DNA of 46,604 bases from Bacteroidota bacterium (GTDB lineage: Bacteria; Bacteroidota; Bacteroidia; Bacteroidales; JADFUO01): positions 1 to 46,604 of the forward strand of contig JAUXFX010000002.1 of assembly GCA_030622635.1 (NCBI GenBank). The letters are read 5' to 3'. A program made the position numbers and the translations under genes. Below, piece by piece: positions 7,470 to 17,396 of the stretch (positions within the stretch are counted from its first letter, which is position 1; the number at the start of each line of letters is the position of its first letter). The notes beneath the pieces were generated by a model that worked only from the letters and a program-made list of their open reading frames with translations, ran no database searches and was not told where the DNA came from.

Positions 7470-8435
7470 TCAAATTATCAATTTCCTTTTAATTATTTTT
7501 TTCGCTTTTTCAATAATAAACTCCGAAGTCATTTTATATTTATTCAATAATTCTTCGGGTTTACCCGATTCTCCAAAACTGTCATCCATACCAATAAATT
7601 CCATTGGAACAGGATAATTTTTTGCAACAACCTCAGCAACAGCACCACCCAAGCCACCATAAATCTGGTGTTCTTCGGCAGTGATAATAGCACCGGTCTC
7701 CCTTGCTGCTTTAATAATTGCTTGCTCATCAATTGGTTTAATCGTATGCATATTTATCACTCTTGAATCTATCCCCTGCCCTTTCAATAAATAAGCTGCT
7801 TGTAATGCTTCCCAAACAAGATGTCCGGTAACTATTATTGTCAGTTCATTTCCTTCAAATAAAAGTTGAGATTTCCCAACCTTAAATTCCATTTCAGGAA
7901 AAGTAAAATCAGGAACAGCTGCTCTTCCAAAACGAATATAAACAGGACCGTTAACTTGCTCAAGTGCTGCTATAACAGCTAATCTTGTTTGTGTTGCATC
8001 ACAAGGAGAAAGTACCGTCATATTTGGCAACACTCTCATAACTGCAATATCTTCCAATGCCTGATGTGTCGCACCATCAGGTCCGACTGAAATACCAGCA
8101 TGGGCGCCACCTATAATTACATGTAAATCATTATAGCAAACCGAAATACGCAACTGGTCGGTTGTACGCAAAGCAGCAAAAACTCCGTAAGTGGAAAATA
8201 CAGGTATTTTGCCTGATAATGCCAAACCGGCTGCAACGCCAACACAATTCTGTTCGGCAATCCCAAAAGAAAAAAATCGTTCCTGAAAATTTTTCGCAAA
8301 CAAATTCATTCCAACGGATGCAGTTATATCCGCACCCAAACCAATAACATTTTGATTCATCTCCCCTATCACAACCACTCCTTCTCCAAATCCTTCTTTT
8401 GTGGGTTTATCTCCTTTGTTTTTAAATTTTTGCAT
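7470..8435 (-). CDS. transketolase, C-terminal (pyrimidine-binding) subunit
   Basis: FGIAEQNCVGVAAGLA and the overall pattern fit a split transketolase. Its start abuts the stop of the N-terminal subunit gene. Confidence 0.9.
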   Translation of the reverse strand: MQKFKNKGDKPTKEGFGEGVVVIGEMNQNVIGLGADITASVGMNLFAKNFQERFFSFGIAEQNCVGVAAGLALSGKIPVFSTYGVFAALRTTDQLRISVCYNDLHVIIGGAHAGISVGPDGATHQALEDIAVMRVLPNMTVLSPCDATQTRLAVIAALEQVNGPVYIRFGRAAVPDFTFPEMEFKVGKSQLLFEGNELTIIVTGHLVWEALQAAYLLKGQGIDSRVINMHTIKPIDEQAIIKAARETGAIITAEEHQIYGGLGGAVAEVVAKNYPVPMEFIGMDDSFGESGKPEELLNKYKMTSEFIIEKAKKIIKRKLII

Positions 8436-8436
8436 T

Positions 8437-9273
8437 TTAATCTATTTCTAATTGAATTAAAAAATCCTTTAATTGTTGTTTTAACGGCGTTTTCCCATGC
8501 CATAAATGGTTATTCTCAATACTTTTAACACCTTTACCCATTATTGTTTTTGCAATTATAACCGTTGGTTTTCCTTTACACTCTTTAGCTTGATTTATTT
8601 TTTCAATAATATCAGAATGGTCATGGCCATTACATTCCAACACATTCCAGCCAAACGATTTCCATTTATCAGCTAGTGGTTCAAGCTGCATTACATCGGA
8701 TGTTTTGCCGTCAATCTGAAGATCATTCCTGTCAATAATTGAAATAAGATTATTTAGCTTATAATTTGAGGCACTCATTGCCGCTTCCCAGATGGAACCC
8801 TCCTGTAACTCACCATCACCATGAATTGAATAAACCCTCCATTTTTTATTATCCATTTTACCGGACAAAGCCATTCCAACAGCAACTGATAATCCCTGTC
8901 CCAATGAGCCGGCAGAAAGTTCAAGACCTGGTAATCCATGTTCCCTGCCCGGATGACCCTGTAATCGTGAGCCTAATTTTCTTAAGGTTAATAATTCTTC
9001 TTTTGGAAAATATCCTGCTATTGCTAATGTTGCATAATGAACGGGTGCAACATGACCGATTGATAAAATCAGCCTGTCCCTGTCTTCCCAATCAGGATTG
9101 TCAGGATCGTGGTTTAAAATATTAAAATAAAGAGTTGTGAAAATGTCTGCTAATCCAAGTGAGCCACCTGTATGACCTGAGCCGGCTTCAGCAAGACTGA
9201 TTAAAACGTTTTCCCTTATCTCTTTTGAAATTCTTCTTAAATCTTCTGTTGAGGTAATCTTCCTGAATGTCAT
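8437..9273 (-). CDS. transketolase, N-terminal (TPP-binding) subunit
   Basis: GHTGGSLG, GHPG and GDGELQEGSIWEA motifs. Confidence 0.9.
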   Translation of the reverse strand: MTFRKITSTEDLRRISKEIRENVLISLAEAGSGHTGGSLGLADIFTTLYFNILNHDPDNPDWEDRDRLILSIGHVAPVHYATLAIAGYFPKEELLTLRKLGSRLQGHPGREHGLPGLELSAGSLGQGLSVAVGMALSGKMDNKKWRVYSIHGDGELQEGSIWEAAMSASNYKLNNLISIIDRNDLQIDGKTSDVMQLEPLADKWKSFGWNVLECNGHDHSDIIEKINQAKECKGKPTVIIAKTIMGKGVKSIENNHLWHGKTPLKQQLKDFLIQLEID

Positions 9274-9370
9274 TATTTAATTATTTAATTTCTATTTATT
9301 TCTATAATGGAGTTCTTTGGACAATATTTTTTTAAACGCAGAGACGCAAAGTCGCAGAGATATCTCAATA

Positions 9371-9429
9371 AATTTCTATCAATTTCTACAAATTTCCAAT
9401 TTCTAATTTCTAATTTCAACCAATTTCTC
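9371..9429. repeat. tandem AATTTCT(A/C)-type short repeats
   Basis: Read directly. The same unit recurs at 34543-34570. GGAGTYCTTTGGACAA direct repeats lie at 9309 and 9434. Confidence 0.8.
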
Positions 9430-9459
9430 CAAGGGAGTCCTTTGGACAACAAATTTCTA

Positions 9460-9966
9460 TTAAAATATATTTATTACAAAATAATAAGTAACAACAAGCG
9501 AATAAACCAATTTCATAAATGTTCCGGCAAGAAATCCAATAAATGAACCTATTGCAGCTTTTAAAGCAGAATCCGAATCTTTACCATCCATAGATTCACC
9601 AATATATGCACCCACAAAAGGTCCGAGAATAATCCCGAATAATCCGAAAGGTCCAATCACAATACCAAGAAAAGGCAGCACAAATATCCCAACAATCAAT
9701 CCAATTATGCTTCCCCGGATACCCATCTTTGTTCCTCCGAATTTTTTAGTTCCATACACAGGTACAACATAATCTAAAACTGTCACACCGGCAGCTATCA
9801 GCACCATTATTACAAGAAATTCCTCATCAAAAGGCGGATTTTCTTTCAATTGAAGTATAAGAAGGGAAAAATAACTTACTGCCGGACCCGGTATTCCCGG
9901 AATAATACAGCCAAGTAAACCCACAATTATTAATACTGTTCCAATAATTATCCAGAGCCAGTCCAT
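9460..9966 (-). CDS. DUF456-family membrane protein
   Basis: MDWLWIIIGTVLIIVGLLGCIIPGIPGP is a typical DUF456 start. The ORF-track start at 10014 adds 16 unlikely residues. Confidence 0.65.
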   Translation of the reverse strand: MDWLWIIIGTVLIIVGLLGCIIPGIPGPAVSYFSLLILQLKENPPFDEEFLVIMVLIAAGVTVLDYVVPVYGTKKFGGTKMGIRGSIIGLIVGIFVLPFLGIVIGPFGLFGIILGPFVGAYIGESMDGKDSDSALKAAIGSFIGFLAGTFMKLVYSLVVTYYFVINIF

Positions 9967-10072
9967 GTAATTAATTTTTTTACAAAAATAAAAAAAGTAA
10001 TATTCAAAAAACAAACAAATAGTGATTAATCAATATTCAATGAATAAAAATTAGTTTGTAATAGTTTAAAAT

Positions 10073-10138
10073 GTTACGGGTTACGAGTTACGCCCTTCGG
10101 CTTCGCAGGGTGACGATTATTACGGGTTACAGGTCACG
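10073..10138. repeat. GTTACGG/GTTACGA heptamer-type repeats around a CCCTTCGG hairpin
   Basis: Read directly. Confidence 0.7.
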
Positions 10139-10169
10139 AAAAATAGAAAATATTTTGATTTTCGTTATT

Positions 10170-10187
10170 TTTCGAGGATCCTCGAAA
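10170..10187. repeat. 18-nt perfect palindrome TTTCGAGGATCCTCGAAA
   Basis: Read directly. Confidence 0.9.
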
Positions 10188-10529
10188 TGTTAACAAAATT
10201 TTATTTAAAATTTTGATTGTTTCGGAATTTCAGGTTCAGCCTTACGACTGAAAGAAGTCCATATGGATGGGGTGAGTGAAATCCCAATTTTACAAAAATA
10301 AAAATTGTTCAACTTTTTAATAATATACGTAACTGAGGTTCAATTTATTTTTTTTTGTGGGTTAAGTTCAATGTCATTATGTTAAAACGTAATAAGAATA
10401 AGGTAATAAGGTTGATTTTATTTACAATTCACTTTCTACTAATGTTTTAGGAAATAAAATAAGGTTTTTAAAATAAAATGATAAAATAAAGATTTTAGTC
10501 AGCCTACCGTAGAGAGCCTCAATATTACG

Positions 10530-12686
10530 TTAATTTACGATAAGCTTTTTATTAAAAACCTTTTTATCTGTAAAAATATTGATTAAATAAACACCTCTGT
10601 TAAGATTGGATTTAGTGATAATAAATTCATGGGAATCAATATTTTCAAAAATATTAACAAATTTTCCGGTCATATCAAATATTTCAATTTTATTGATTTC
10701 TGATTTGTTGCTTAAAGTAATTAATGTTTTATCAGAAAATGGGTTCGGATAGATTTTACAATTTTCAGAAAATGATTTTCTGCTATCATAACCCATTAAA
10801 TTTGAAAGCCCGAAAAGGTATAATTGTCGTGCAACACGAGATGTTACCTTATCTGAACATAATGTGAAAATATCTGTATATACCTGACTTAAAGTTGGAA
10901 TAAATTTAAATGTAATATCTGCACTTGAGTTTGCTTGAATAATTATTGGTAAACTATTAATTAAAGAAAAAGCATTCTCGTGATTATAGCAATTAGTTAT
11001 AGCTAACTGCTGGGAGCTATTGTTTAAAATTGAAATAGTAACAAACGCAGAATCACCAATAGGCGTTATATCGAAAAAGACAGTATCGGTTTCTGTGACA
11101 AACAAGTTTGTTTCCCATTGAAATTTAAAGGCACGATAAGTTACAAGATTATTGGCAGGTGTTGTAATTTCAAGTGCAGTATTTAAATTATTATCAAATT
11201 CAGTTAAAAGATAATCTGAAAATGTAAATGACCAACTTACTAATGCGTGGCCATTATTTAATTTCTGCATATGACCCATAAACTTTGTACTAATATCAGG
11301 ATTATGCCTGTAATTATTTAATAATGTAACCATATGGGATTCTTCATCAATTTCGTATTCAATACCTCTTGAAAATGGAGGATTGTGATAATTACCATCG
11401 TCAAATAAAGTGATATTACCATTATCAAGTTGCCTGATTGAATGCTGGTCGGTAAATCCAATTGGATCATTTACAAATACAAATTGATTATTTTTCCCAC
11501 CAAGGCGCCATATAATATATCCTGTTTGCCTGTTAATCTTTGTAATTTCATTAAAGTGTCTGCAGGATATTAAGATATTTCCATCATTATCAATTCCAAT
11601 TGCATTTCCATGCACATAATCAATTTCATCTGCACGCAGGTCGACCTGGTTTGTATCACAATCTAAAATATCAAAATGATCCCAGCTACGCCATTGAAAA
11701 ATAACATTTTTTGCAGTATCCAATTCCTGGACAATCAAGCCAATAACAACTGCCTCCGTATTTCCGCCAAGAACTATCTGACTCATATCAACAATTTGCG
11801 GATCATAAGATAAAAGAAAAGCATGACCGTTTTCCAGAACACGCAATTCATGACCATCTGTTGAATATCCGTTCCCACATGAATAATCATCAATAACATT
11901 ATAAGAACTATCCATTGATAAATATTTATGATCTATATTGTAGTAATAACTTAAATATCCATTATCTTGTAATTTAAAATCCTGTGGTCTGCCTTGCAGC
12001 TTTGTGTAATATATAGGAATACCAATATTATCCATAATAATCAAGTAAATTGAGGTTCCGCCTGCTTGACCGGTAGATGCTAAAAAATAATAACCCGGTG
12101 CAGGATTATTTGATTCAACTATTTCGTATTCAGGAAAGTCGTCCGGTAAATCATATTTTTCTTTAACTGATTTAAATTTATCCGTTTTATTATTTTTTTC
12201 AGGTATTCTGCTGTTTGCAGAAATTATCTCATCAATAAAATCAAAATTAAAAAATGATTTTTCATTATCCGGCTTGCTCACATAAGAAGAAACTGTAAAT
12301 TGGAAAACGAGTTCGGGAAGTGTTCTGCCATATTTATCTTTAATTTCATTATTTAATTTAACAGAAATTATCTCACCGGGATAAAATGGATAATCAGAAT
12401 TAAAAATAATAGTTTTTAAATCATCTAAAAGTTTTATACTTCCCAAGTAATTGTCTTTAACCGAACCTGTTACTTGTATTGAATAATTATTAATGGTTTT
12501 TTTATCAATAATATCCCCTTTCCTGATAACAATATTATTATCCTTACTTACCATTTTTGAACCGGGTAAAGGAGAAATGTATTGGTATTCAGAAATGTTT
12601 TTTGATTGGGGAAATATATCAGATGATAATAAAACTGATAATACGAATGTGCTAATTATCAGTGAAGTTTTATAAATATAATTCAT
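10530..12686 (-). CDS. secreted arylsulfotransferase (ASST)-like beta-propeller protein with T9SS C-terminal sorting domain
   Basis: Signal peptide present. DYVHGNAIGIDNDGNILIS and DQHSIRQLDNGNITLFDDGN resemble ASST-family motifs. The C-terminal KIYPNPFSDKTLITL...GVYLINIF...KLIVN is a Por_Secre_tail. Confidence 0.5.
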   Translation of the reverse strand: MNYIYKTSLIISTFVLSVLLSSDIFPQSKNISEYQYISPLPGSKMVSKDNNIVIRKGDIIDKKTINNYSIQVTGSVKDNYLGSIKLLDDLKTIIFNSDYPFYPGEIISVKLNNEIKDKYGRTLPELVFQFTVSSYVSKPDNEKSFFNFDFIDEIISANSRIPEKNNKTDKFKSVKEKYDLPDDFPEYEIVESNNPAPGYYFLASTGQAGGTSIYLIIMDNIGIPIYYTKLQGRPQDFKLQDNGYLSYYYNIDHKYLSMDSSYNVIDDYSCGNGYSTDGHELRVLENGHAFLLSYDPQIVDMSQIVLGGNTEAVVIGLIVQELDTAKNVIFQWRSWDHFDILDCDTNQVDLRADEIDYVHGNAIGIDNDGNILISCRHFNEITKINRQTGYIIWRLGGKNNQFVFVNDPIGFTDQHSIRQLDNGNITLFDDGNYHNPPFSRGIEYEIDEESHMVTLLNNYRHNPDISTKFMGHMQKLNNGHALVSWSFTFSDYLLTEFDNNLNTALEITTPANNLVTYRAFKFQWETNLFVTETDTVFFDITPIGDSAFVTISILNNSSQQLAITNCYNHENAFSLINSLPIIIQANSSADITFKFIPTLSQVYTDIFTLCSDKVTSRVARQLYLFGLSNLMGYDSRKSFSENCKIYPNPFSDKTLITLSNKSEINKIEIFDMTGKFVNIFENIDSHEFIITKSNLNRGVYLINIFTDKKVFNKKLIVN

Positions 12687-12865
12687 GATAATTTACTTTT
12701 AATAAATTTTAGTGCCTATCTGTAAAGTTCGAAAGTTTAAATAAATATTAAAAATCACAAATGACAAGCACCAAAATACAAAACTTGTCCGTATGGATAA
12801 ATCTCAATGACCGAAATCTCAATATTCAAAGCTGTTTTGAACATTTGGTCATTGATATTTGGAAT

Positions 12866-12900
12866 TTATTTGTTATTTGTTATTTGTTATTTGTTATTTG
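12866..12900. repeat. TTATTTG heptamer x5
   Basis: Counted by hand. A related GGAATTTATTTGTTATTTG occurs at 22477-22495. Confidence 0.9.
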
Positions 12901-13008
12901 GTGCTTTAATTCAAAATTTGTTTGACTTTATAGACCGACATTAATTAGACACGAATCAAACTAAAAACTTGCGGTGATAATAAAATAATTTATTTAAGAT
13001 ATGTTTAA

Positions 13009-13791
13009 TTAAAATAAAGCATCCGATAATTTCCCCATAACCTCAGTAGCTTTTCCCTGCAAAAAAACATCGGTTATAGAATTGGTGAATTTGGAAAACT
13101 CAGGGTTGACTTCAATTATTTTGGCTCCATTTTGCTTAGCCATAACAGGAATCTGACAGGCAGGCATTACCTCGCCTGTTGTACCGATTACAATAAACAG
13201 GTCGGATTTGTTAGCCGCATCAACAGAAGCTATATAGGCATTTTGTGGTATTCCTTCACCGAAAAAAATAAAATCGGGCTTTAGCAAGCCATTACAATTT
13301 TTGCATTTTGGCGGTAATACTTTTATGCTGATTTCCCCTACTTTATAAACTGTACGACAATCCACACAAATTAGCTTTTTGGAATTACCGTGAAATTCAT
13401 GAACGGTTTTACTTCCTGCTTCCTGATGTAAATTATCAATATTTTGAGTGATTACCGATTCAAGAAGATTATTTTTTTCCATTTCGGCTAAAACAAAATG
13501 TGCTTTGTTTGGCTCTGCATTTCCAAAAAAGTCATAAAAAATTTCTCTGATAATTCCCCAAGATTCCTTTGGATTAGAGAAGAAATAATTAATATCCAGC
13601 ACCATCGGATCGTATTTATTCCACAATCCTGCTTCTCCCCTGAAAGGCGGAATACCGCTTTCTACTGAAATTCCTGCTCCGGTGAATGCAGTAATTTGTC
13701 TGGCATTTTTAATAAGCTCAACCGCTTTATTGATATTATCTTCCAAAATAAAAATGTTAAAGGTTTTTACAAAATTACAAAAAGAGTCCAA
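13009..13791 (-). CDS. cobB: NAD-dependent protein deacylase, Sir2 family
   Basis: GAGISVESGIPPFRG, TQNIDNLH, and Zn cysteines CVDC...CKNC. The start is uncertain because the ORF-track start is a TTG. Confidence 0.85.
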   Translation of the reverse strand: MDSFCNFVKTFNIFILEDNINKAVELIKNARQITAFTGAGISVESGIPPFRGEAGLWNKYDPMVLDINYFFSNPKESWGIIREIFYDFFGNAEPNKAHFVLAEMEKNNLLESVITQNIDNLHQEAGSKTVHEFHGNSKKLICVDCRTVYKVGEISIKVLPPKCKNCNGLLKPDFIFFGEGIPQNAYIASVDAANKSDLFIVIGTTGEVMPACQIPVMAKQNGAKIIEVNPEFSKFTNSITDVFLQGKATEVMGKLSDALF

Positions 13792-13911
13792 TCTGTAAAG
13801 CCATTTTGTGTAAAAAATTGGAATAATAGAATTGTGGAATTGTGGAATGATGTAATAATGGGAATTTTAAATATTTAATTTTTTGTATATTTTCAGACTG
13901 CACCTAAAAAA

Positions 13912-13990
13912 CATCAAACATCAAACTTCAAACATCAACCGTCAAACTTCAAACGTCAAACTTCAAACATCAAACATCAAACGTCAAACG
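13912..13990. repeat. tandem (C/G/T)TCAAAC-type heptamers (~11 units)
   Basis: Read directly: catcaaa, cttcaaa and cgtcaaa variants. Confidence 0.85.
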
Positions 13991-14139
13991 CCTGCCCCGT
14001 AAGGAAGTATGACTGTATCGGGGTTAAACGTCAAACTGTTTTCATGTCATTGAATTAATTCAAAACACAGCAAAGCTGTAAACAAATTGATTTAAGAACA
14101 CCGATTAACCCCGATACGCTAAAGCTACTTGGACAGGCG
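13989..14139. other. 151-nt element bounded by CGCCTG/CAGGCG, with an internal 13-bp perfect inverted repeat
   Basis: GTATCGGGGTTAA (14015-14027) pairs with TTAACCCCGATAC (14105-14117). CGCCTG is at 13989-13994 and CAGGCG at 14134-14139. There is an inner CAGC-AAA-GCTG hairpin. Confidence 0.4.
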
Positions 14140-14298
14140 ATTTTTGATTTTAGAAGTAATGATGAATTAAGAAAAAAACACTCAATAAGCAACACACAAC
14201 GACCAAAGGAAGTCCGTATGGATAATCAATAAACAAGTAAAACAGTATATTCGATAACTAGTCCTTGCACGAAAACTCAGTTTTCTTGCAAACACTAA

Positions 14299-15243
14299 CT
14301 AAACCATCACCACCCTTGTTCCTCCGTCATCAATTCCCAAACGGGTAGTTTGTGTGATAATGGTATCCTTTCCGCTGTTTTCAACAAAATAGATTGCAGC
14401 TCTTATTTTGGGTGCCATACTTCCCTCTGTAAAATGACCTTCTTCAAGATACTTTTTAGCTTCAGCAATCGTAATTCTGTCTAAAGGTTTTTCCTGCGGA
14501 GTATTAAAATTCAGGTAAACTTTAGGAACATCAGTCAGGATAAAAAACTTATCCGCATTAATTTGAATGGCAAGCAAAGATGAAGCTAAGTCTTTATCAA
14601 TAACTGCATCTATACCCTGAAGCTTATTAGGTTTTACATAAAATGTAGGTATTCCTCCTCCCCCGACAGCAATAATAATATGTCCTTCCCTTGCAATTTT
14701 TTCAATTGATTTTTTATTTGCAATCACAAGCGGTCTTGGTGATGCAACAAGTCTTCTCCATCCCCTGCCGCGAGGATCTTTAGCAAAAACCGATTTAGTT
14801 ATTTTAGAAATTTTATCAGCTTCTTCTTTTGAATAAAACGGCCCAATCGGCTTAACAGGATTTTCAAATGCAGGGTCATCTTTATTTACTAAAACCTGTG
14901 TAATTATCGTTATTATATCCCTATCCATATCATTTGCTTCCAAAACATTCCTTAACTGCTGTTCAAGCATATAGCCGATAAAACCCTGGGAATATGCAAC
15001 ACTGATATCAAGTGGCATGTCGGGTAAGCCGTATAGTTTATTTCCTGCAGTATTTGCCAGCATGATATTACCTACTTGCGGACCATTTCCATGAGTAATT
15101 ACAATATTATAATCGCGTTTTATTAATTCTAAAAGATTTTCGCTTGTTTTATATGCGTTTTCTTCCTGTTCATCAATAGTTCCTTTTTGATTGGGTTTAA
15201 TCAAAGCATTTCCACCAAAAGCAACAACTGCTAATTTTTTCAT
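14299..15243 (-). CDS. arcC: carbamate kinase
   Basis: MKKLAVVAFGGNAL and HGNGPQVG motifs, 314 aa. Confidence 0.9.
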   Translation of the reverse strand: MKKLAVVAFGGNALIKPNQKGTIDEQEENAYKTSENLLELIKRDYNIVITHGNGPQVGNIMLANTAGNKLYGLPDMPLDISVAYSQGFIGYMLEQQLRNVLEANDMDRDIITIITQVLVNKDDPAFENPVKPIGPFYSKEEADKISKITKSVFAKDPRGRGWRRLVASPRPLVIANKKSIEKIAREGHIIIAVGGGGIPTFYVKPNKLQGIDAVIDKDLASSLLAIQINADKFFILTDVPKVYLNFNTPQEKPLDRITIAEAKKYLEEGHFTEGSMAPKIRAAIYFVENSGKDTIITQTTRLGIDDGGTRVVMV

Positions 15244-15358
15244 AATCTTAAGTTCTTTTATTTTGCAAAACTAAAATTTTTAATTTAATTGAATTTTATT
15301 AATTTAGTAATTTTAAATTTTTATATAGTTCAGATATAAAAAATGGTCTGACTGATAA

Positions 15359-15592
15359 TTTGATAAATTTGTAGAAGATGTAATTATCGAGTATTCTGTA
15401 AAAGAAAAAAACTTTAATGCTTTTATACAGATTATAGATAATAGCGGTAGAATTATAAAAAGTTTAAGCTTGCAAGAAAATCACGCTTATCAGGTAATTC
15501 CTCTAAATAATTTGCCAAACGGAATTTATATATGTAAATTTGTTATTAATAATAAAACTATCGAAGCTAAAAAGCTATTAATTTCACGATAA
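15359..15592 (+). pseudogene. orphan T9SS C-terminal sorting domain remnant (no start codon, no N-terminal body)
   Basis: Hand translation gives FVEDVIIEYSVKEKNFNAFIQIIDNSGRIIKSLSLQENHAYQVIPLNNLPNGIYICKFVINNKTIEAKKLLISR*. The frame is closed by TAA at 15356-15358 and has no in-frame ATG. Confidence 0.5.
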
Positions 15593-15609
15593 AGAATTGA
15601 ATAAAATTG

Positions 15610-17160
15610 ATGAACAATTTATTAAGAATACTATCAATCTTAGTTCTGTTACAGTTTGGGTACAATTTATATTCCCAATCTGTATATTTTAATAACCGGT
15701 ATTATCTAAATGAGCCGGATATATGGAGTGGGGCACTGAATGCAATAGAAGTAGATAGTGGATACATTGTTACCGGAACAACAGGCGATTCATTAAATGA
15801 ATATTGGCTTGTTGTAGCGATTATGAAAATTGATCAGTTAGGAAATAAGCAATGGATAAAACTCCTAAGAGATAGTATTTCCGAATATGACAATGGGCAA
15901 CCTGGATCTTTAATAAAAACTTTTGATTGTAATTATGCTTTTTCCGGAACATCAAGAAATTATGAGAATTCTATTATTGACAGAGCTACTTTATGGAAAT
16001 TGGATACAAACTGGAATATAATCTGGAATAAAGAATATGGTAATATTGATAATAACGTAGATACTATGAATTATGGGAGACAGGTTAAACAGACAGTTGA
16101 CTCTGGGTATATTATCGGTGGTGAACAATACTATAGTTCAGGTCGGGCTATTAGTAAAATGCTCATTATTAGAACAGATAAATATGGTAATAAAGAATGG
16201 GAAAGCACTTTTGGTTATTCTGGAAATGTTATTAACCGAGGTTATTCCGTCATCCAAACCACAGATAGCGGTTTTGCCATCGGAGGTTTCAAATACACAC
16301 CAGGCCAGTCGGTTACAGGCGACCCAATCATAATCAAAACCGACAGTATGGGAAACCAGCAGTGGATGAAGAATTTAGGAGGGCCAATTAAAGACAATAA
16401 GGCTATGTTATGTTTAGATTATAATGGAAATATTTTGGTTGGGACTAATTATGGGGATGAAATGTCAGGTGATGATGTGTATAGCAGAATTAATATTATT
16501 AAGCTTGATAATGAAGGTAATATTATCTGGAACAAGAAATATGGTAAAAGCATGATATATAATTACTTATTAAATATTCTTGTTTTAAGCGATAGTAATA
16601 TCATTGCTGTAGGAACAATGCCAAGTACTTTTCCTCATACAGTTGGATGGTTACTTAAAGTTAGTAACAATGGTGATAGTCTATGGTATAGGGAATATGA
16701 AATTCTGCATGGCTATCAAAGCATGAATCAATTGAATGATGTAATTGAAACATCAGATAATGGATTATTAGCATGTGGTTATGTTTTCCCCATGCAGCCT
16801 GATACAGGTACGCAAGATGCCTGGGTAATAAAGCTTGATAGCATTGGCTGCGACACACCCGGCTGTGATACAACGGTTGCAATACTGGAAATTGCTTATG
16901 AAAATACAGAAGATGAGCTTTATATTTATCCTAATCCTGCACGATACAAGTTTCAGGTTACAAGTTCCAGGTTTCATGTTGAGCCATGCATAATTGAATT
17001 TTATGATATTTTCGGGCGCAAGGTAAAAGAAGTAAAAGTTCCAAAAGGACAACAGCAGCTTAAAGTTGATGTAAGCAATTGGCATAATGGGTTGTATATT
17101 GCAGTACTTCGAAATAATAAAAAAATTATTGCAAAACAGAAATTTATGGTTTTAAGGTGA
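15610..17160 (+). CDS. secreted repeat protein with T9SS C-terminal sorting domain
   Basis: Signal peptide present. Repeated D-x-GY/GN-xxW beta-propeller-like units. The C-terminal LYIYPNPARYKFQV...GLYIAVL..KFMVLR is a sorting tail. ATG at 15610 is preferred over TTG at 15607. Confidence 0.65.
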   Translation: MNNLLRILSILVLLQFGYNLYSQSVYFNNRYYLNEPDIWSGALNAIEVDSGYIVTGTTGDSLNEYWLVVAIMKIDQLGNKQWIKLLRDSISEYDNGQPGSLIKTFDCNYAFSGTSRNYENSIIDRATLWKLDTNWNIIWNKEYGNIDNNVDTMNYGRQVKQTVDSGYIIGGEQYYSSGRAISKMLIIRTDKYGNKEWESTFGYSGNVINRGYSVIQTTDSGFAIGGFKYTPGQSVTGDPIIIKTDSMGNQQWMKNLGGPIKDNKAMLCLDYNGNILVGTNYGDEMSGDDVYSRINIIKLDNEGNIIWNKKYGKSMIYNYLLNILVLSDSNIIAVGTMPSTFPHTVGWLLKVSNNGDSLWYREYEILHGYQSMNQLNDVIETSDNGLLACGYVFPMQPDTGTQDAWVIKLDSIGCDTPGCDTTVAILEIAYENTEDELYIYPNPARYKFQVTSSRFHVEPCIIEFYDIFGRKVKEVKVPKGQQQLKVDVSNWHNGLYIAVLRNNKKIIAKQKFMVLR

Positions 17161-17161
17161 G

Positions 17162-17199
17162 AAAGCCAAAAGCCAAAGGCTAAAAGCTAAAGGCTAAAG
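17162..17199. repeat. AAGGCTA/AAAGCCA heptamer repeats directly after a stop codon
   Basis: Read directly. The same unit recurs at 21401-21436 and 32390-32413. Confidence 0.85.
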
Positions 17200-17396
17200 T
17201 ATTAAGTAAAAACATTTGACTTAATAATAGCTTGCTTTAGCCGCTAAGCAGTTTGGAACTGCTAAGTGGATTTCATTATTGATATACAAATATTTGTTAT
17301 TAATCTTTTCACATCATCCAAAACAAAACCTTATAAAACCAAAATTTTTATTACTTTAGCAGCCGTTTAAATCATTATTTTCTGCTTAATTCACAA

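Noticed and set aside
7470-9273. Split transketolase as a pseudogene or frameshift
   Set aside because: Two-subunit transketolases with abutting N- and C-terminal genes are a common, functional arrangement. Both halves are intact with their motifs.
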